DNA of 64,000 bases from an uncultured bacterium (GTDB lineage: Bacteria > Patescibacteriota > Minisyncoccia > Phycocordibacterales > GWA1-40-21): positions 11,288-75,287 of the forward strand of contig CAIKXE010000005.1 in assembly GCA_903831305.1 (NCBI GenBank), read 5' to 3'. A model generated the notes under the pieces. That model worked only from the letters and a program-made list of their open reading frames with translations. It made no database searches and had not been told where the DNA came from. Both the position numbers and the translations under genes were made by a program. Positions 47,801-57,470 of this stretch are shown here, piece after piece (position 1 is the first letter of the stretch; each line of letters begins with the position of its first letter).

Positions 47801-48712
47801 ATAGTTCCTACCATAAAATCCTCCACCAATTGAATTTGAGGTCCCTACTTGTGCACCCTGAACTGTTCCAATATATGCCGATTGATTAGGTGATGAATCA
47901 CCAATAGATATAGCGCCAGAATATTTACTAACCGTAGCTGTATTAATCCATGCACTTAATGTAAACGAACTTGCACCAAGTATTGAATTGATTCCTGTGT
48001 CAATGTAATCCCCATCATTGGCAAAAGCAGCACCAGCAATTTGTCCTGACGAAGTTGCAGTTACACCATTATTCGTCCCATTGTTTCCATTACTTGTAGA
48101 ATCTGTGCTAGTTGAATTACCAGCATCAGACAAATGCCACACGCCTTTAAAATAATTACTTCCGCCATCGTCCCAAACCCCCGTAGCGACCGAGGTGGCG
48201 GGAGTGGAGGCCGAGGCGTTTCCATAATACATATAGATATCGGTGTCGGTCGTGGTAGCTAGTGAAGGTATCTTTACCCAAGACACCAGCTCACCAGTGG
48301 ATGACGCATATTTTTCTATCTCATAATTCAGGGCTGTCGTGCCATCAGCGGAAGTAAACAAAATATCCGCCCCGGTGCTCGTCCCCACATGCCCACCAGA
48401 AAATGAAGTGTATTTCAAAGCGGTGGTCGTCGTACTCACCAGCACCGGAAAATTAGTCAAAAGCGTCCCCGTAGAGCTAGCCACCTTAGTATGATCAATA
48501 GTAATTTTAGTTCGGTAACCCCATGCATCATTATACCAGCCAGTTTCCGCATACACCGTACTTATCTGCGTACCCAAAAAAGTAATTATAAGGAAAACAA
48601 ATACGCCACAAACTCTGTAAAGTCCTCTCTCCGCCACAGTCTTGTTTTTTTTATTAAAATTAAAAAACCAAACATGCATTACGGTTTTATTATACCATAT
48701 CTCCCCACCCAA
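41894..48712 (-). CDS. Giant (2272 aa) modular cell-surface protein: signal peptide, 3x [DUF2341-like beta-sandwich + LamG/concanavalin-like + tandem fibronectin type III], further FN3 repeats, C-terminal TM anchor
   Basis: The motif W..W.YRKKITID..KV...NFPVLVS occurs three times (DUF2341-like). DEVRISNTARSADWIKTEYNNQSSPGTF is a LamG-like jelly-roll C-terminus. There are many ~90-aa FN3-like repeats with conserved W, Y and TNG.SY.F.V.A.N positions. The C-terminus is LGWFVFFIWRRL. Confidence 0.8.
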   Translation of the reverse strand: MGGEIWYNKTVMHVWFFNFNKKNKTVAERGLYRVCGVFVFLIITFLGTQISTVYAETGWYNDAWGYRTKITIDHTKVASSTGTLLTNFPVLVSTTTTALKYTSFSGGHVGTSTGADILFTSADGTTALNYEIEKYASSTGELVSWVKIPSLATTTDTDIYMYYGNASASTPATSVATGVWDDGGSNYFKGVWHLSDAGNSTSTDSTSNGNNGTNNGVTATSSGQIAGAAFANDGDYIDTGINSILGASSFTLSAWINTATVSKYSGAISIGDSSPNQSAYIGTVQGAQVGTSNSIGGGFYGRNYGSGVTTLGSWSHVVLTYNSSNSSVLYVNGVIKVSETYNSANLKNNYRRIGRIASNNGYDFLGLVDESRISSVARSADWIKTEYNNQSSPGTFAISATEEAATVPDAPTGLTPTAGNTQIGLLWTAPGNTGGLALTDYVIDYKLNSTSTWSTYADGVSTTTTFTIIGLVNGTSYDFRVSAVNALGQGSASATVTATPATIPGAPTIGTATAGNAQASVSFTLLPSPSVAPWYNNSWTYRKKITIDKTKVPNTNQTNFPVLVSLAGLSNINANGTDIRFTDSTGTTELAREIESYSAGTLVAWVKVPTLSTSANTDIYMYYGNSSQTSEPSPSSTYGSQKVWDDGGSNYFKGVWHLANAGASTSTDSTGVNNGTNNGVTATSSGQIAGAGSFNGTGNYVKISNFGNVAPVSEITIGIWLKMNKTSQQAALILNPDNFNNRMNFHPCYSNGNTYWDFGNAAVNGRLSKSNPSNCADNNWHYYTLTSSSINNSMNIYLDGVLWTNKSGASNFSGTTSDLNIGGIASYYFNGSIDEVKISNTARSADWIKTEYNNQSSPGTFYAVAGVENVANSATNGGSAITAYTVTSSPGGFTSASTTSPIIVTGLTNGTPYTFTVTATNVMGTGPASSASNSVTPATVPGAPTAVTPTAGDRQVSVLWSAPASNGGSAITDYIIEYKLTSASDIPASWQIYSDPETPVITATVISGLINGTSYDFRITARNAVGSGSPSSPLVNSTPKTIPGKPVITSAVSGDRQVTVNFTPLPYPTVSSAGVWYNQAWLYRKKITIDKTKVPNTNQTNFPVLVSLTGLSNINANGTDIRFTDSNGTTELAREIESYSAGTLVAWVKVPVLSTSANTDIYMYYGNSSATSEPSPSSAYGSQKVWDDGGSSYFKGVWHLADPTNSVDSTGVNNGTNHGVTATSSGKINGAGSFNGSSKYIDIGDAEVVTGTALTFGSWVSPHDVTASNRDTIVGKNGYSTSGGYTLQTSGTSIVYDVDDTVLNGITVAGQLTQDVLAYFVVTYDGTNARLYKNGLLVDTTPRSGSLPDHTHKLEIGVQDVATFERYFDGIIDEVRITNTVRTADWIKTEYNNQSSPATFYAVAGEENVSNSATNGGSEIINYTVTSDPESIVSSSSTSPVIVTGLTNGTPYTFTMTATNVVGTSETSVSSSPVTPAGVPGIPSGLTATPGNASADLSWTAPANNGAEISNYVIEYKLHTAESWTQFGHPASPAITITVVDLVNGSLYDFRVSAYNSAGTGAPSDPPVSSTPRTVPGQPVITSVLRGNGQVTVGFTAPISDGGSIITGYTVTSDPQAIIQTGSASPIIISGLTNGTEYTFTVKATNVAGDGPVSTSSNPVTPATVPGKATGVTAVAGNAQATVTFSAPLSTGGSAITGYTVYSNNGGTDSNASSTGLSHIMTGLTNGGTYTFTVIAVNDVGDGLASDPSSAITLPTAPSAPLNLAAVVKGSRIDLTWSDPASTGGSAITDYVIEYELTTGGSWVAFDDGESVDKFANVIGLSNGTSYDFRVSAKNIIGTSTVSDSVSATPGEPAQVFIQGFPDLTNSSIGTNIRITNEGLVEYEYQYTWCVTDAVDNLCGGGNDVFGASNAKLIDSHENYDFTATSTVLTPGEYYFHISVLYGSQSSYAFSSFTAVATFPDPPTGVSAVAGNAEATISFTAPASNGGTAITNYTVTSSPGGLTGTGLTTPIVVTGLTNGTAYTFTMTATNIIGTGLSSSPPSNSVTPVSVPDVPSGVTAVAGNTSVVLSWLAPADDGGLDITDYVIEYKLTSEPAVWTIFADGVSVVTTVTITGLTNNVSYDFRISAVNALGRSGVNNTSATLPVTRVSNTTGSRGYQPVLVPVSPVVNIPLAPAPVLITVPRTDVISPTKNIETPAKVIPGTGETVEPNPIKNKNEVTIIPSENPPAPSAPFVVIENSGLGKWWYVIDFTGLLFLGWFVFFIWRRLRGEIY

Positions 48713-48849
48713 AAACCACTAATTTTATACTTTTACTATTTAAACTATTATTTATATTTATTATCTATCGCAACCACTTTAATTTTGTTAAATTTTAGAT
48801 ACCTACTTTAAAATGTCTTCTAAAAATATCAGAAATGTCTTTAAAATAT

Positions 48850-49055
48850 CTGATTAATTAATACCAATTGATATCAATTAATATCAATTGGTAATAATTG
48901 GTATTAATCAATTACATTATCTCTCTGTACACTCACGGACGGCCGTCAACGAGTGTACAGCAATGATAAATACCCAAAATAAACTTTTCTATCAATTACA
49001 TTATTTCTCTATACACATCTGAACGGCCGTCAACAAGTGTACACCAGTTTAATTA
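48850..49055. repeat. Cluster of palindromic/direct repeats 3' of the wHTH-Cas2-like gene
   Basis: Near-palindrome TACCAATTGATATCAATTAATATCAATTGGTA. Two ~60-nt direct copies ATCAATTACATTAT(C/T)TCTCT(G/A)TACAC...(C/T)GAACGGCCGTCAAC(G/A)AGTGTACA(G/C)CA sit at 48905-48965 and 48992-49052. A related site GGACGGCCGTCCACAATTGTACAG lies 5' of the gene at 49567-49592. Confidence 0.6.
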
Positions 49056-49062
49056 AGCTTTT

Positions 49063-49548
49063 CTATTTTACTATTTCTTTTTTCTTGACCGTAAAAATCC
49101 TAATCATATCTGCAATCCCCAGATCCCGCAGTCGATGAAGAAAATCCAGTGGCAGAGGTCCAGGACCAAACCACAAGCTTTGTTGTAAAATACTATAGTT
49201 AAATATTTTCAGCTGGTTACGAAGCCAGGACCTGGCCTTTCTATTATTTTCCGGAATATCAAAAGCGACCAAGGTATTCTTCACGGCATGTATTCCGAAA
49301 GGACAAGTAATATATTGCGAACCCATCCTCGCTATTTCCCTTCTGCCGCGATTAGTAATACTCCAACCGACTGCACCCTTACTCACATATTGCTTTTTAT
49401 GTAAACGAGAAAGGGTGGTGCCTAGGCTTCCTTCATCTATATCCGCTAATGATTCAGCTTGCATTAGCTTTTTATAAGTCGCCGTATTACGACCGCTCAT
49501 CAAAAAAGCTAAAATAAAATGTGTAATACTATTTTGTCTTATTCCCAT
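49063..49548 (-). CDS. Winged-HTH + Cas2-like (VapD/Cas2 ferredoxin-fold) domain protein; solo, with no cas1 or CRISPR array
   Basis: N-terminal wHTH-like region (LGTTLSRLHKKQYVSKGAVGWSITNRGRRE). The C-terminal NTLVAFDIPENNRKARSWLRNQLKIFNYSILQQSLW...DMIRIFTV follows the Cas2 pattern (V.YDI...R..L...L...G...QNSVF...DSVRIY). Confidence 0.4.
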   Translation of the reverse strand: MGIRQNSITHFILAFLMSGRNTATYKKLMQAESLADIDEGSLGTTLSRLHKKQYVSKGAVGWSITNRGRREIARMGSQYITCPFGIHAVKNTLVAFDIPENNRKARSWLRNQLKIFNYSILQQSLWFGPGPLPLDFLHRLRDLGIADMIRIFTVKKKEIVK

Positions 49549-49617
49549 ACCTACTATTTTAACATAGTTGGACGGCCGTCCACAATTGTACAGAAGAGAG
49601 GATTGTATTTTAGTCCC

Positions 49618-50319
49618 TTAAATAATATGATTTCCCCCCTTCTTCCACTCGTCAATTTTAGCATGATTACCAGACAGAAGGACAGGTGGAACTTTATATT
49701 TTTTACCTTTATAGACCAGCACTTCAGGCCGAGTATACAGCTCCGAACTTGAAACTCGGCTCTCCTCCAGGGAATTAAAATCACCAAGCACCCCGGGAAT
49801 CTGCCGAGCTAAACAATCCGCCATAATCATGGCTGGCAATTCCCCACCGGTCAGCACAAAAGGACCAATGGAAATATCTTCCGCTTTAAATATCTTTTTT
49901 ACTCGCGCATCTACCCCCTCATACCGACCACAAATAATAATAATATCCGTATACTTCTTCACTGCTTCTTTAGCATAAGCGGTATCAAACTGTTTGCCGG
50001 CGGGACTCAAGAAGATAACTTTGGGCTTTTTGCTCTTCCCTTTTTTCAAGGCTGACTCCACAGCCTTGATCAATGGCAAGGCCTGCATCACCATCCCCGG
50101 GCCTCCACCATAAGGCTTGTCATCCACCCGTAAATAAGGCTTGGCGTCGGCTTTACCCACCTTCGCTCTTCTGGCAGAAGCTTTGGTTGGGCGCGCATAA
50201 TCCCGTGGATTATAAAAAATAAACTTGATCTTTTTCTCCTTTTGCGCCCGCGCCAAAATGGACTCACTGATATATGAGGCAAACATTTCCGGAAATAATG
50301 TAATAATATGAAAATTCAT
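49618..50319 (-). CDS. trmD: tRNA (guanine37-N1)-methyltransferase TrmD
   Basis: MNFHIITLFPEMF..., YGGGPGMVM and the SPOUT knot region (GYEGVD). Confidence 0.85.
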   Translation of the reverse strand: MNFHIITLFPEMFASYISESILARAQKEKKIKFIFYNPRDYARPTKASARRAKVGKADAKPYLRVDDKPYGGGPGMVMQALPLIKAVESALKKGKSKKPKVIFLSPAGKQFDTAYAKEAVKKYTDIIIICGRYEGVDARVKKIFKAEDISIGPFVLTGGELPAMIMADCLARQIPGVLGDFNSLEESRVSSSELYTRPEVLVYKGKKYKVPPVLLSGNHAKIDEWKKGGNHII

Positions 50320-50377
50320 CTGTCACTTGATGTTATAATAAAAACCTCATAATTGCAAAAGCCAGCATGCCGAAAAA

Positions 50378-50842
50378 TTATTTACGATACTTTCTAGAAC
50401 GCCATTTATCGGCGATTTTTACTCGAGTAAGAGAGCGTTCAAGCTCGGATTCAAAGTGTTCAAAATCTACCACTTCCTTGTTCTCGGCTTGCTTTCTCAA
50501 GACTTCAGCCCGAGCCTTGGCTTTTTCTATTTCGGCATCGGTGATAGTAGAGACATGCTCGGCAAAGTCAGCTAGTACTACCACGGTCGTAAGCCCTACA
50601 CCTTTACCAGTATCAGTATCATTCTTTTTAAGTTCCACAAAACCACCGACAATCGCCATGGGGATATATTCCCCATCATTTACCGCCACTATATCACCCG
50701 AGGCAAGAGCCGAAATAAGCGGAATATGATCCGGCAAAATAGTGATCTCCCCGTTTTGGGTGGGCAGGGAGACTTGATCCACCAATTCATCAAGAATCAG
50801 TTTTTCCGGCGTAACGATTTTTAATTGTAGTTTTTTAGCCAT
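50378..50842 (-). CDS. atpC: F1 ATP synthase epsilon subunit
   Basis: LKIVTPEKLILDELVDQVSLPTQNGEITILPDHIPLISAL is the epsilon beta-sandwich; a C-terminal helical hairpin follows. Confidence 0.8.
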   Translation of the reverse strand: MAKKLQLKIVTPEKLILDELVDQVSLPTQNGEITILPDHIPLISALASGDIVAVNDGEYIPMAIVGGFVELKKNDTDTGKGVGLTTVVVLADFAEHVSTITDAEIEKAKARAEVLRKQAENKEVVDFEHFESELERSLTRVKIADKWRSRKYRK

Positions 50843-50862
50843 TGGACTTTATGATGACTTTA

Positions 50863-52239
<1,377 letters not shown>

Positions 52240-52248
52240 TTATATTTT

Positions 52249-53172
52249 TTAGCTCACATTGGCCATGCCGGCACTGATCTCAGATATCTCACGCGTGATT
52301 CCGGACTGCCGAGCTTTATTAAAAACTAGAGTGAGATCGTCTATCATCTCCCCCGCCGCGTCACTGGCATTTTTCATAGCGGTCATCCGTGATGATTGTT
52401 CAGAAGCATTGGACTCTAAAATCATCTGATACACCTGCATCCGGACCAGCTTTTCCACTAAAATATTTAATAGCTTATCCGTCTCACCCTCAATCAAATA
52501 TGATGTCTCTACTGAGGATGTACTCTTGGAAACGATAGGGCTATTTAAATTAAGCTCAATCACTTCTTTGACCTCCTCCTTGGTTACGGGCAATACCCGC
52601 CTGATCTCCGGCTTTTGTGTCAAAGCGGAAACAAAGTCCGTAAAGGCAACATAGACCTGGCCATATCTTTCCTCAGAAAATTCTTTAAGCAAATAAGTAG
52701 AAACAGCAACGGTATCTGTGAGGTCAATAGTCTCTGGCATATCCGTAAAGGTACTGACCACGCTTTGCCCGATCCGGCGCATAGCCGTATCACCCTTTTT
52801 ACCCACGGCCACGATATCCACTTCTGTCTTTTGACCAGGCAGGGCCGAAGTGATTTCTCTTTTTAGCCTAGTAATAGTTTTTTTAATTATTTGAGAATTA
52901 TAACCACCACACAAACCACGATTAGAAGTAATCAAAACTAGTAAACACTTACTATTAGAATTTGCGCTGAAAAATTTATTAATAGAATTTTCTAGCCTGG
53001 TAGAAAGAGACTGGAGTATCTCCAAAGAACAAGCCGCGTAAAGCCTGGAAGCCAAAGTCTGCGCGATAGCGCGCTTCATCTTGGAGGCCGCCACCAGCTC
53101 CATGGCCTTGGTAATCTTCTTGGTGCTTTTGACGGACTTTATTCTTCTTTTTATTTCCTTGGTACTCGGCAT
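52249..53172 (-). CDS. atpG: F1 ATP synthase gamma subunit
   Basis: N-terminal IKRRIKSVKSTKKITKAMELVAASKMKRA and C-terminal ITREISEI match gamma subunit. Confidence 0.85.
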   Translation of the reverse strand: MPSTKEIKRRIKSVKSTKKITKAMELVAASKMKRAIAQTLASRLYAACSLEILQSLSTRLENSINKFFSANSNSKCLLVLITSNRGLCGGYNSQIIKKTITRLKREITSALPGQKTEVDIVAVGKKGDTAMRRIGQSVVSTFTDMPETIDLTDTVAVSTYLLKEFSEERYGQVYVAFTDFVSALTQKPEIRRVLPVTKEEVKEVIELNLNSPIVSKSTSSVETSYLIEGETDKLLNILVEKLVRMQVYQMILESNASEQSSRMTAMKNASDAAGEMIDDLTLVFNKARQSGITREISEISAGMANVS

Positions 53173-53177
53173 AATAA

Positions 53178-54686
53178 TTATTTATCAGCTAGAAAAGCCA
53201 GCTTGAATTCTTCAATTATCTTCTTTAATTCTGTCTCCCCCGCCTCCGTCCACATCCTGGTTTCTTTTATTTCCTTATAAAAATTTTTAGCATTCTCCGC
53301 AGCGTATTCCTTCAGGCCCTCTTCAAAAAGTTTGATTTTAGGAATTGGCACATTGTCCAAATAACCACGAGTCAAAGCATATAGCACCACCACTTGATCG
53401 ATAATGGCCACCGGCGCATATTGTGGTTGCTTTAAAATCTCCACGGCGCGTTTGCCCCGCTCCAGCTGATTCTTGGTATTTTCATCCAAATCCGAACCAA
53501 ATTGTGAGAAGGCCTCGAGCTCGCGGAATTGCGCCAGGTCAAGCTTCAAGGTTCCCGCCACTTTCTTCATGGCCTTGATCTGGGCGGCTGAACCCACTCG
53601 AGAGACCGAGAGGCCGACGTTTACCGCCGGACGAATTCCTTTATAAAAAAGATCAGTTTCCAAAAATATTTGCCCATCAGTAATAGAAATAACGTTTGTA
53701 GAAATATAAGCCGAGACGTCACCAGACTGGGTTTCAATAATCGGCAAAGCGGTGATGGATCCTCCACCATATTCTTTATTGCGTCGGCACGCTCTCTCCA
53801 GTAATCGAGAGTGAATATAAAATACATCCCCGGGGAAAGCCTCACGACCCGGTGGACGTCTGAGCAAAAGTGATATTTCCCGATACGCTACGGCATGCTT
53901 GGATAAATCATCATAAATGATAAGCACATCCTTACCTTGATCCATAAAATATTCAGCGATTGCCACCCCGGTATAAGGCGCAATATATGACAAAGCGGCA
54001 GACTCTGCTGAACCGGCCGAGACGATGATGGTGTAAGCCATGGCTCCGCCTTCCTCCAGGCGAGTTTGTAACTTACGTAATTTAGAATCCTTTTGGCCGA
54101 TAGAAACATAAATGCAAATCAAATTTTGACCTTTTTGATTTAGAATAGTATCGATCGCAATAGCCGTTTTACCGGTCTGGCGATCACCGATGATAAGCTC
54201 ACGCTGACCACGACCGATGGGGATAAGAGCATCGATTGCCTTGACCCCCGTCTGCACGGACTCGGTCACGGACTGTCTAGTAATAACGCCAGGAGCCACT
54301 TTTTCAATCGGGTTAAATTTATCCGTCATAATCATCCCCCGGCCATCGATCGGCTGACCGAGTGCATTTAACACGCGACCAATCTGCAAATCAGACACCG
54401 GCACAGACAAAATCCGACCAGTGGATTTTACTTCATCCCCTTCATGAATTTTAGAAAAATCACCGAGAATAATCACACCGACTGAGTCCTCATCCAGGTT
54501 CAGCACCACGCCGATTTCACCACCCTTAAAAGTAACCATCTCCGAAACCTTGACTTCCGATAGTCCGGAGAGTTTGGCAATACCGTCAAAAACTTCCAAA
54601 ACATAACCGACTTTTTCCACCACCGCCCCGGCCTGAAAGTTTTCAATCTGACTCTTTAAATTTTCGATAATTGTATTTTTGGTCAT
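53178..54686 (-). CDS. atpA: F1 ATP synthase alpha subunit
   Basis: Walker [10 protein letters not shown] and typical alpha subunit architecture. Confidence 0.9.
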   Translation of the reverse strand: MTKNTIIENLKSQIENFQAGAVVEKVGYVLEVFDGIAKLSGLSEVKVSEMVTFKGGEIGVVLNLDEDSVGVIILGDFSKIHEGDEVKSTGRILSVPVSDLQIGRVLNALGQPIDGRGMIMTDKFNPIEKVAPGVITRQSVTESVQTGVKAIDALIPIGRGQRELIIGDRQTGKTAIAIDTILNQKGQNLICIYVSIGQKDSKLRKLQTRLEEGGAMAYTIIVSAGSAESAALSYIAPYTGVAIAEYFMDQGKDVLIIYDDLSKHAVAYREISLLLRRPPGREAFPGDVFYIHSRLLERACRRNKEYGGGSITALPIIETQSGDVSAYISTNVISITDGQIFLETDLFYKGIRPAVNVGLSVSRVGSAAQIKAMKKVAGTLKLDLAQFRELEAFSQFGSDLDENTKNQLERGKRAVEILKQPQYAPVAIIDQVVVLYALTRGYLDNVPIPKIKLFEEGLKEYAAENAKNFYKEIKETRMWTEAGETELKKIIEEFKLAFLADK

Positions 54687-54694
54687 GATTATGT

Positions 54695-55102
54695 TTAGTT
54701 TGTTAGTAAATAGTTTTGTAGTAGCTTTAGTTTGTTTTTCAAAGTCAGATCAATCACTTCCCCCATCCCCTCAATCTTTAAACCACCAAAAACTTTTTCA
54801 TCAGAAACAATGTCTAGTCGTATCTGTTCAGCTTGATACCGCTTCTTCAATATTTCCTCAAGCTCTTTAATTTTTAGAACAGAAGGGACATCACGATAAG
54901 TAATTTTTACTGGGACTATCTTTTCTTGTTTATTAGCGTAATCAGAAAACATATTTAATATCTTAGCTGACTTGGCTAATAATCTCTTCCGGGCTAAGAA
55001 ACGCACAATATTATTTACTGAAACATCCAGGTCCTTACCGGTCTTACCCTGGGTCAGCACATATATAGTTTCCACGATTCTTTTTAAGGAAAGATTAGTC
55101 AT
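54695..55102 (-). CDS. atpH: ATP synthase delta (OSCP) subunit, short form
   Basis: 135 aa in the canonical operon position between atpF and atpA; OSCP-like helical pattern. Confidence 0.6.
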   Translation of the reverse strand: MTNLSLKRIVETIYVLTQGKTGKDLDVSVNNIVRFLARKRLLAKSAKILNMFSDYANKQEKIVPVKITYRDVPSVLKIKELEEILKKRYQAEQIRLDIVSDEKVFGGLKIEGMGEVIDLTLKNKLKLLQNYLLTN

Positions 55103-55105
55103 AAA

Positions 55106-55573
55106 TTATAATTTCTTTACGGTACTGTCTGTTGTATCCTCCAGTACTTTTTCGGTGGCCATAATAACCAGCCGGACAATATCATTCTTGGCATCAGCTA
55201 TAATCTTGGCCTTTTCTGCTTCCAAACTCTGCTTACCCTTGCTAATCATAAGGGCCACCTCCTGCTCAGCTTGAGCAAGCATCTCCGTACGTTTGGCTAG
55301 AGCTTCGCTTTTACCCTTCTTAAATAATTCATGAGCCTCAGCTTTGGCTACATTTATAGCTTCAGTATATTCCTGTTGCGTCTTCATAATGATTTCCGCA
55401 TTCGTCTTGGCATCAGAGAGTCCCTTGGTTATCTTTTCCTCCCGGGCGCTCATTATTTTCTTTAAGGGCTTTAAGGCAAAAAGATACAGAACCAAAAATA
55501 CCACCCCAAAGTTTAGCATTTGGGCAATGATTATTTTCCAATCAATATGAAAAGTGGTTATTAATGACTCCAT
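55106..55573 (-). CDS. atpF: Fo ATP synthase subunit b
   Basis: Single N-terminal TM helix plus a long charged helix; operon position. Confidence 0.7.
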   Translation of the reverse strand: MESLITTFHIDWKIIIAQMLNFGVVFLVLYLFALKPLKKIMSAREEKITKGLSDAKTNAEIIMKTQQEYTEAINVAKAEAHELFKKGKSEALAKRTEMLAQAEQEVALMISKGKQSLEAEKAKIIADAKNDIVRLVIMATEKVLEDTTDSTVKKL

Positions 55574-55594
55574 AATTTTTACAACTATGAAAGA

Positions 55595-55831
<237 letters not shown>

Positions 55832-55883
55832 TTAATTAATAATAATTTCGACGATTAATAAATGATGCGCGCATTATAACAAA

Positions 55884-56744
55884 TTAAGTCACCGACCGTA
55901 AACTTGCTTTGTGTTCCGGATGCTTGTGCTCTTCCTCGTGTTCGCCATGATCCTGTGAAGCGATGGTAAAATAAACGAGGATGAGGGTAGAGAAAATAAA
56001 GGCCTGGATAAAGCCCACAAAGATTTCCAAGAATAGAAAAGGAATAGGTATAAGATAAGCAAAGATGGCGCTCATAGACAAAAGCAATACTTCCCCCGCA
56101 AAGACATTACCAAACAGACGGAAAGTAAGTGAGGCCACCTTGGCAAACTCGGCAATAAATTCCAAAACCCCCACAAAGAAGGAAATAGGAGCAACAGCGA
56201 GGACAGTGGGGTCCTTACGAATTTTAGTAAAAATACCGGAAAAAGCATTAAAATTAAAATATTTATTAATAGTCTTCCATAAGCCAATAGTAAATATCCC
56301 AAAAAAGTTTGCCCCCAGGACCGCAATCAGAGCCAAGGCAAAAGTAGTATTTATATCTGCGGTACCACTTCTGATAAGCGGTATAAAGGCGGATTTGCCG
56401 TGCTCGGTCTCCACCAGACCCAAACCACCAAACGGCATTATCCCTAGCCAGTTATTTATTAAAATATAAAAGAAAATCGAAATAGCAAAAGGAAAAACTT
56501 TATTTGTTATCTGCCGATTTCCGGTGATCTGATCACATAGAGTCAGCGCCCCCTCCAATATAATCTCAACCAGATTCTGAAGACCTTTGGGAATTTCCTT
56601 AATCTGCCGTCGTAAAATAAAAACAACCAAAGCCAAAATCAAAACAGTGATCCAACTGGTAAATAAAGCATTTGTCACTGGGAATGACCCAATATGATAT
56701 ATCGGTTCCGCAAAGAGGGTGGCTGTATGGGTTATCTTTTCCAT
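55884..56744 (-). CDS. atpB: Fo ATP synthase subunit a
   Basis: Multi-TM; LTFRLFGNVFAGEVLL contains the essential Arg. Confidence 0.85.
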   Translation of the reverse strand: MEKITHTATLFAEPIYHIGSFPVTNALFTSWITVLILALVVFILRRQIKEIPKGLQNLVEIILEGALTLCDQITGNRQITNKVFPFAISIFFYILINNWLGIMPFGGLGLVETEHGKSAFIPLIRSGTADINTTFALALIAVLGANFFGIFTIGLWKTINKYFNFNAFSGIFTKIRKDPTVLAVAPISFFVGVLEFIAEFAKVASLTFRLFGNVFAGEVLLLSMSAIFAYLIPIPFLFLEIFVGFIQAFIFSTLILVYFTIASQDHGEHEEEHKHPEHKASLRSVT

Positions 56745-56745
56745 T

Positions 56746-57027
56746 TCATTTATCTGACTTTTTATCCGTCTTGGCTTCCTGCTCGATCTCTTTCATATAT
56801 TTTTTCAAAATAGTAAAGATTTGAAACATAGATACGATAAAAGACACGCCCACACAAATAAGCAAATACCGTGGGGCGGTAGCGAAACGATAATCTAAAT
56901 ATTTTCCGAGAATAAGCGAGAGAATGATCGGCCAGAGAATCCACCAGGAGACCTTGGAAAAAATCAGGATGGCTGGTTTCCACCACACTTCCACTACTGG
57001 CGACTGATCTGTCCGCTCCTTTTCCAT
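56746..57027 (-). CDS. AtpI/AtpZ-like small membrane protein at the head of the ATP synthase operon
   Basis: 93 aa with two TM helices, immediately upstream of atpB with a 1-nt gap. Confidence 0.45.
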   Translation of the reverse strand: MEKERTDQSPVVEVWWKPAILIFSKVSWWILWPIILSLILGKYLDYRFATAPRYLLICVGVSFIVSMFQIFTILKKYMKEIEQEAKTDKKSDK

Positions 57028-57110
57028 AGCGCTAAATATAGCATATTCCCCGCTGAATAATAATTGACAATTTTATTTGGAGTGACGTAAAACCTAATTC
57101 ATTTTCTCTG

Positions 57111-57154
57111 CGCACATTAAAAAAGCGGCCTTAGAGCCGTTTTTTTAATGTGCG
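57111..57154. terminator. Long hairpin (14-bp outer stem + inner GC stem) between repeated element copy 1 and the ATP synthase operon
   Basis: CGCACATTAAAAAA-GCGGCcttagaGCCGt-TTTTTTAATGTGCG, T/A-rich on both strands. Confidence 0.55.
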
Positions 57155-57470
57155 TCGGGTTGAAACATGAGTACATTTCTCGAAGCTTACAGCTTCAGTA
57201 CAGGTTTCCCAAAATTTTGAAATATGAATTTCTAAATTTTATGGGAGAACCTTTTCGAGTCCAACACGTAAGCAGGTAATCCTGCTTACTCCGGCAACAA
57301 AAAAATTGCCTTTCAGCAATTTCTTTTGTGCGGAGTACTGGATAATGTTAGAACTGAGTTGATGAAAAGCAAGGTAATTCCGCATATACCTAATCTATCT
57401 AAATGGGCTCAGAAACAAGGGTTAAATTACCCTACACCACCAAGCACTATATAATCTAGTCTAACTGATT
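57150..57470. repeat. Copy 1 of a repeated structured non-coding element (~320 nt)
   Basis: Shares four ordered conserved blocks with 60693-61293 (AACATGAGTACATTTCTCG..TTACAG; TTCGAGTCCAAC.ACG.AAGCA; GTGCGGAGTACTGGA..ATGTTAGAACTGA; TTACCC.ACACC). Hairpins have compensatory changes. No ORF. Confidence 0.6.

Noticed and set aside
48905-49052. Possible CRISPR mini-array next to the Cas2-like gene
   Set aside because: Only two ~60-nt repeat units, ~80% identical to each other, with a single 26-nt spacer. CRISPR repeats are typically 24-47 nt and near-identical. No leader, no further units and no cas1. Better explained as duplicated palindromic protein-binding sites.
57270-57300. tRNA-like TTCGAGTCC (T-loop) motif inside both repeated elements
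   Set aside because: No acceptor, D-arm or anticodon stems can be built around it on either strand. Interpreted as a T-loop-like motif within a larger structured element, not a tRNA gene.
57028-57470. M-box (Mg2+) or yybP-ykoY (Mn2+) riboswitch upstream of the ATPase / ATP synthase
   Set aside because: The nearest resemblance (GCGGAGTACTGGA versus yybP-ykoY GGGGAGUAG) is on the wrong strand for the downstream genes, and no other consensus blocks of these classes are recognisable. Left as an unclassified structured element.
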